Shown here one piece after another: positions 62,279 through 64,000 of a stretch of 64,000 nt of DNA; within the stretch, counting starts at the first letter, position 1; the number at the start of each line of letters is the position of its first letter. The notes below the pieces were generated by a model. The model saw only the letters and a program-made list of their open reading frames with translations. It searched no databases and was not told the DNA's origin. The position numbers and the translations under genes are program-made. The stretch is from Selaginella moellendorffii (taxonomy: Eukaryota > Plantae > Lycopodiophyta), in assembly GCF_000143415.4 (NCBI RefSeq), contig NW_003314436.1, forward strand, positions 1-64,000, given 5' to 3'.

Positions 62279-63748
62279 ATGCAGTCTCTCTCGATCGGGA
62301 TAGGGCGCTCGCTTTTCTACCTTAGGCTGGGAATGGGGCGGACTCGCAGCGTTACCGAGTTTTTCCAGCCTCCCAAGAGGGTGAAGGTGGGATCGGAGGA
62401 CCGAGCACAGGTTTTTCATACTGCTGCCGCTACCGTGGATGGAGAGGATGGGTCTGGATTCTCGTTTCGTCGTCTCAGCGATGAGGAGCTCGCTCGAAAG
62501 TTTGACGATCAAAGTCCAGCTCCGAAGCACCAATCTTCCTACTCGTTCAAGACAGCTCTTTCAGTGGAAGAAAATGCCGAAGGAGAACAAGGTCCGAGTA
62601 AAGACGAGAAGATCCGAGTGGAAACGTCAGTGGAGGAGCGCACGGAAGTTTCAACGCTAAACAAAGAGCAAAAGATGCGAGTGGACATGAACAAGTCCAT
62701 GGCTCTGGCCAGGAGAAAACTGCGACTGTGCGAGGAGGTCGTCCAAGCTTGTAAGTGTTTTCTTAGTTCTTTTTTTCGCGTATGTAACTTTCGTGGTTTT
62801 TCGTTCTTTCTCCAGCGCAAGGAGAATTCCCCGAGTTGGAGAAGCTTTTGGTGGAACCGAGCTGGGTGGAGGTCTTGCAGGACGAGTTCAAGAAGCCATA
62901 CATGGAGAATCTCCAGACTTTTGTGAAGCAACAAGCGGCCGGAAAAGTTCCCGTTTATCCACCAGCGGCCAAAGTGTTCAATGCCTTCAACTCGTGCCCT
63001 TTTGATCGAGTGAAGGTTGTTCTTCTTGGTCAGGTATGCATTTGATTTCCTCTCCAACATTGTCCAAAAATATTTCTTTTTCTCCAGGATCCTTACCATG
63101 GTCCAGGCCAGGCCATGGGTTTATCATTCTCGGTTCCAGAAGGCATCAGAATTCCTTCCAGCCTGCTCAACATGTACAAAGAAATCCACAGCGACGTTGG
63201 TTGCCGGGTTCCGCTACACGGAAACCTTGAAAAGTGGGCATACCAGGGAGTTCTGCTGCTAAACACTGTTCTCACGGGTACGCAAGGAGATCTCTTGCTC
63301 GAATTCTTTTCTTTTCCGTGTCGCTTATTTCGTTTGGACTAGTTCGCGAGCAGCAGGCAAACTCTCATGCCAAGAAAGGCTGGGAGCCGTTCACTGACGC
63401 AGCCATCCGTGCCATTTCGAAAAGAAAGACCGGAGTTGTATTTCTGCTGTGGGGGAACTGCGCACAAGAGAAAATCCGGTGAGTGGAAAATTCTCGCCAG
63501 CGTGTTTTGCATTCGAAGTTGCTGAACGTCCTTTCTTTCTTTGTTTGCAGTTTAATCAACCCAAACGAGCATCACGTCTTAAAGGCTGCTCATCCATCTG
63601 GCCTCTCCGCCCACAAAGGGTTCTTCGGCTGCAGGTTAAGAAACAAAAGTGGTATGAGGTTTTAAAGCTTTTTCTGTGTAGGCATTTCTCTAAAACGAAC
63701 GAGCTGCTGGAATCGGCTAATATCCTTCCCATAGACTGGCAAGTCTAA
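62279..63748 (+). CDS. UNG: Family-1 uracil-DNA glycosylase, complete multi-exon gene
   Basis: [25 protein letters not shown]|[40 protein letters not shown]|[16 protein letters not shown]. Confidence 0.95.
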
Positions 63749-64000
63749 ATTGGAATCTCCTTAATAAACTTTAATTATTATTATTATTCGAACATGTTTT
63801 TGCTTATTTCTTGGTGGAATGGAAGTTGCACAGAGGGAGATTATGAATGTTCTAGAGTTTCTATTAGTTCACCTAGTTATCAACACTTAACATTAGCAAG
63901 TGACCACTTAGAGAGTGTGAGAGAAAAGCTATTAACAAGCACAAACTAGAAGAACTTGTCTCCTGCATGTTAAATTCACCTAAACTATTTCAGACAGTTA

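Noticed and set aside
41635-63748. Endogenous giant-virus origin for the kinase/phosphatase/UNG/helicase set
   Set aside because: The UNG has plant-type introns and N-terminus, and no capsid, DNA polymerase or packaging ATPase is visible.

Overview
Eukaryotic land-plant genomic DNA with three assembly gaps. The very short introns (about 50-70 nt), tight gene packing and an intronless PPR gene built from 31-aa motifs suggest a lycophyte such as Selaginella (inference). There are three zones. (1) 1-13.5 kb is AT-rich, CpG-poor decayed repeat DNA (an LTR retroelement and hAT relics). It hides an apparently intact two-exon secreted PLAT/LH2 gene that the ORF track splits. (2) 14-41.4 kb is a dense block of conserved genes: ATXR4-like SET (with a U12-type intron), OTLD1-like OTU deubiquitinase, REVEILLE-type MYB, BLOS1, PPR, BAHD acyltransferase, BTB/POZ, TBP, MutS2, GH17-X8 glucanase and WDR43/UTP5. 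(3) 41.5-64 kb is a recently duplicated and rearranged accessory cassette. It holds 2 Crinkler-like nuclease-fold/kinase genes, 2 minimal FCP1/NIF phosphatases, 2 degenerate DEAD-box-like genes, 2 orphan membrane-protein genes and 3 uracil-DNA glycosylase copies (one intact, one lacking the catalytic His, one fragment). These are separated by GC-to-AT eroded spacers, a TPR-SET pseudogene, a small LTR element and a hAT relic. All calls come from reading motifs by eye; exon boundaries are manual.
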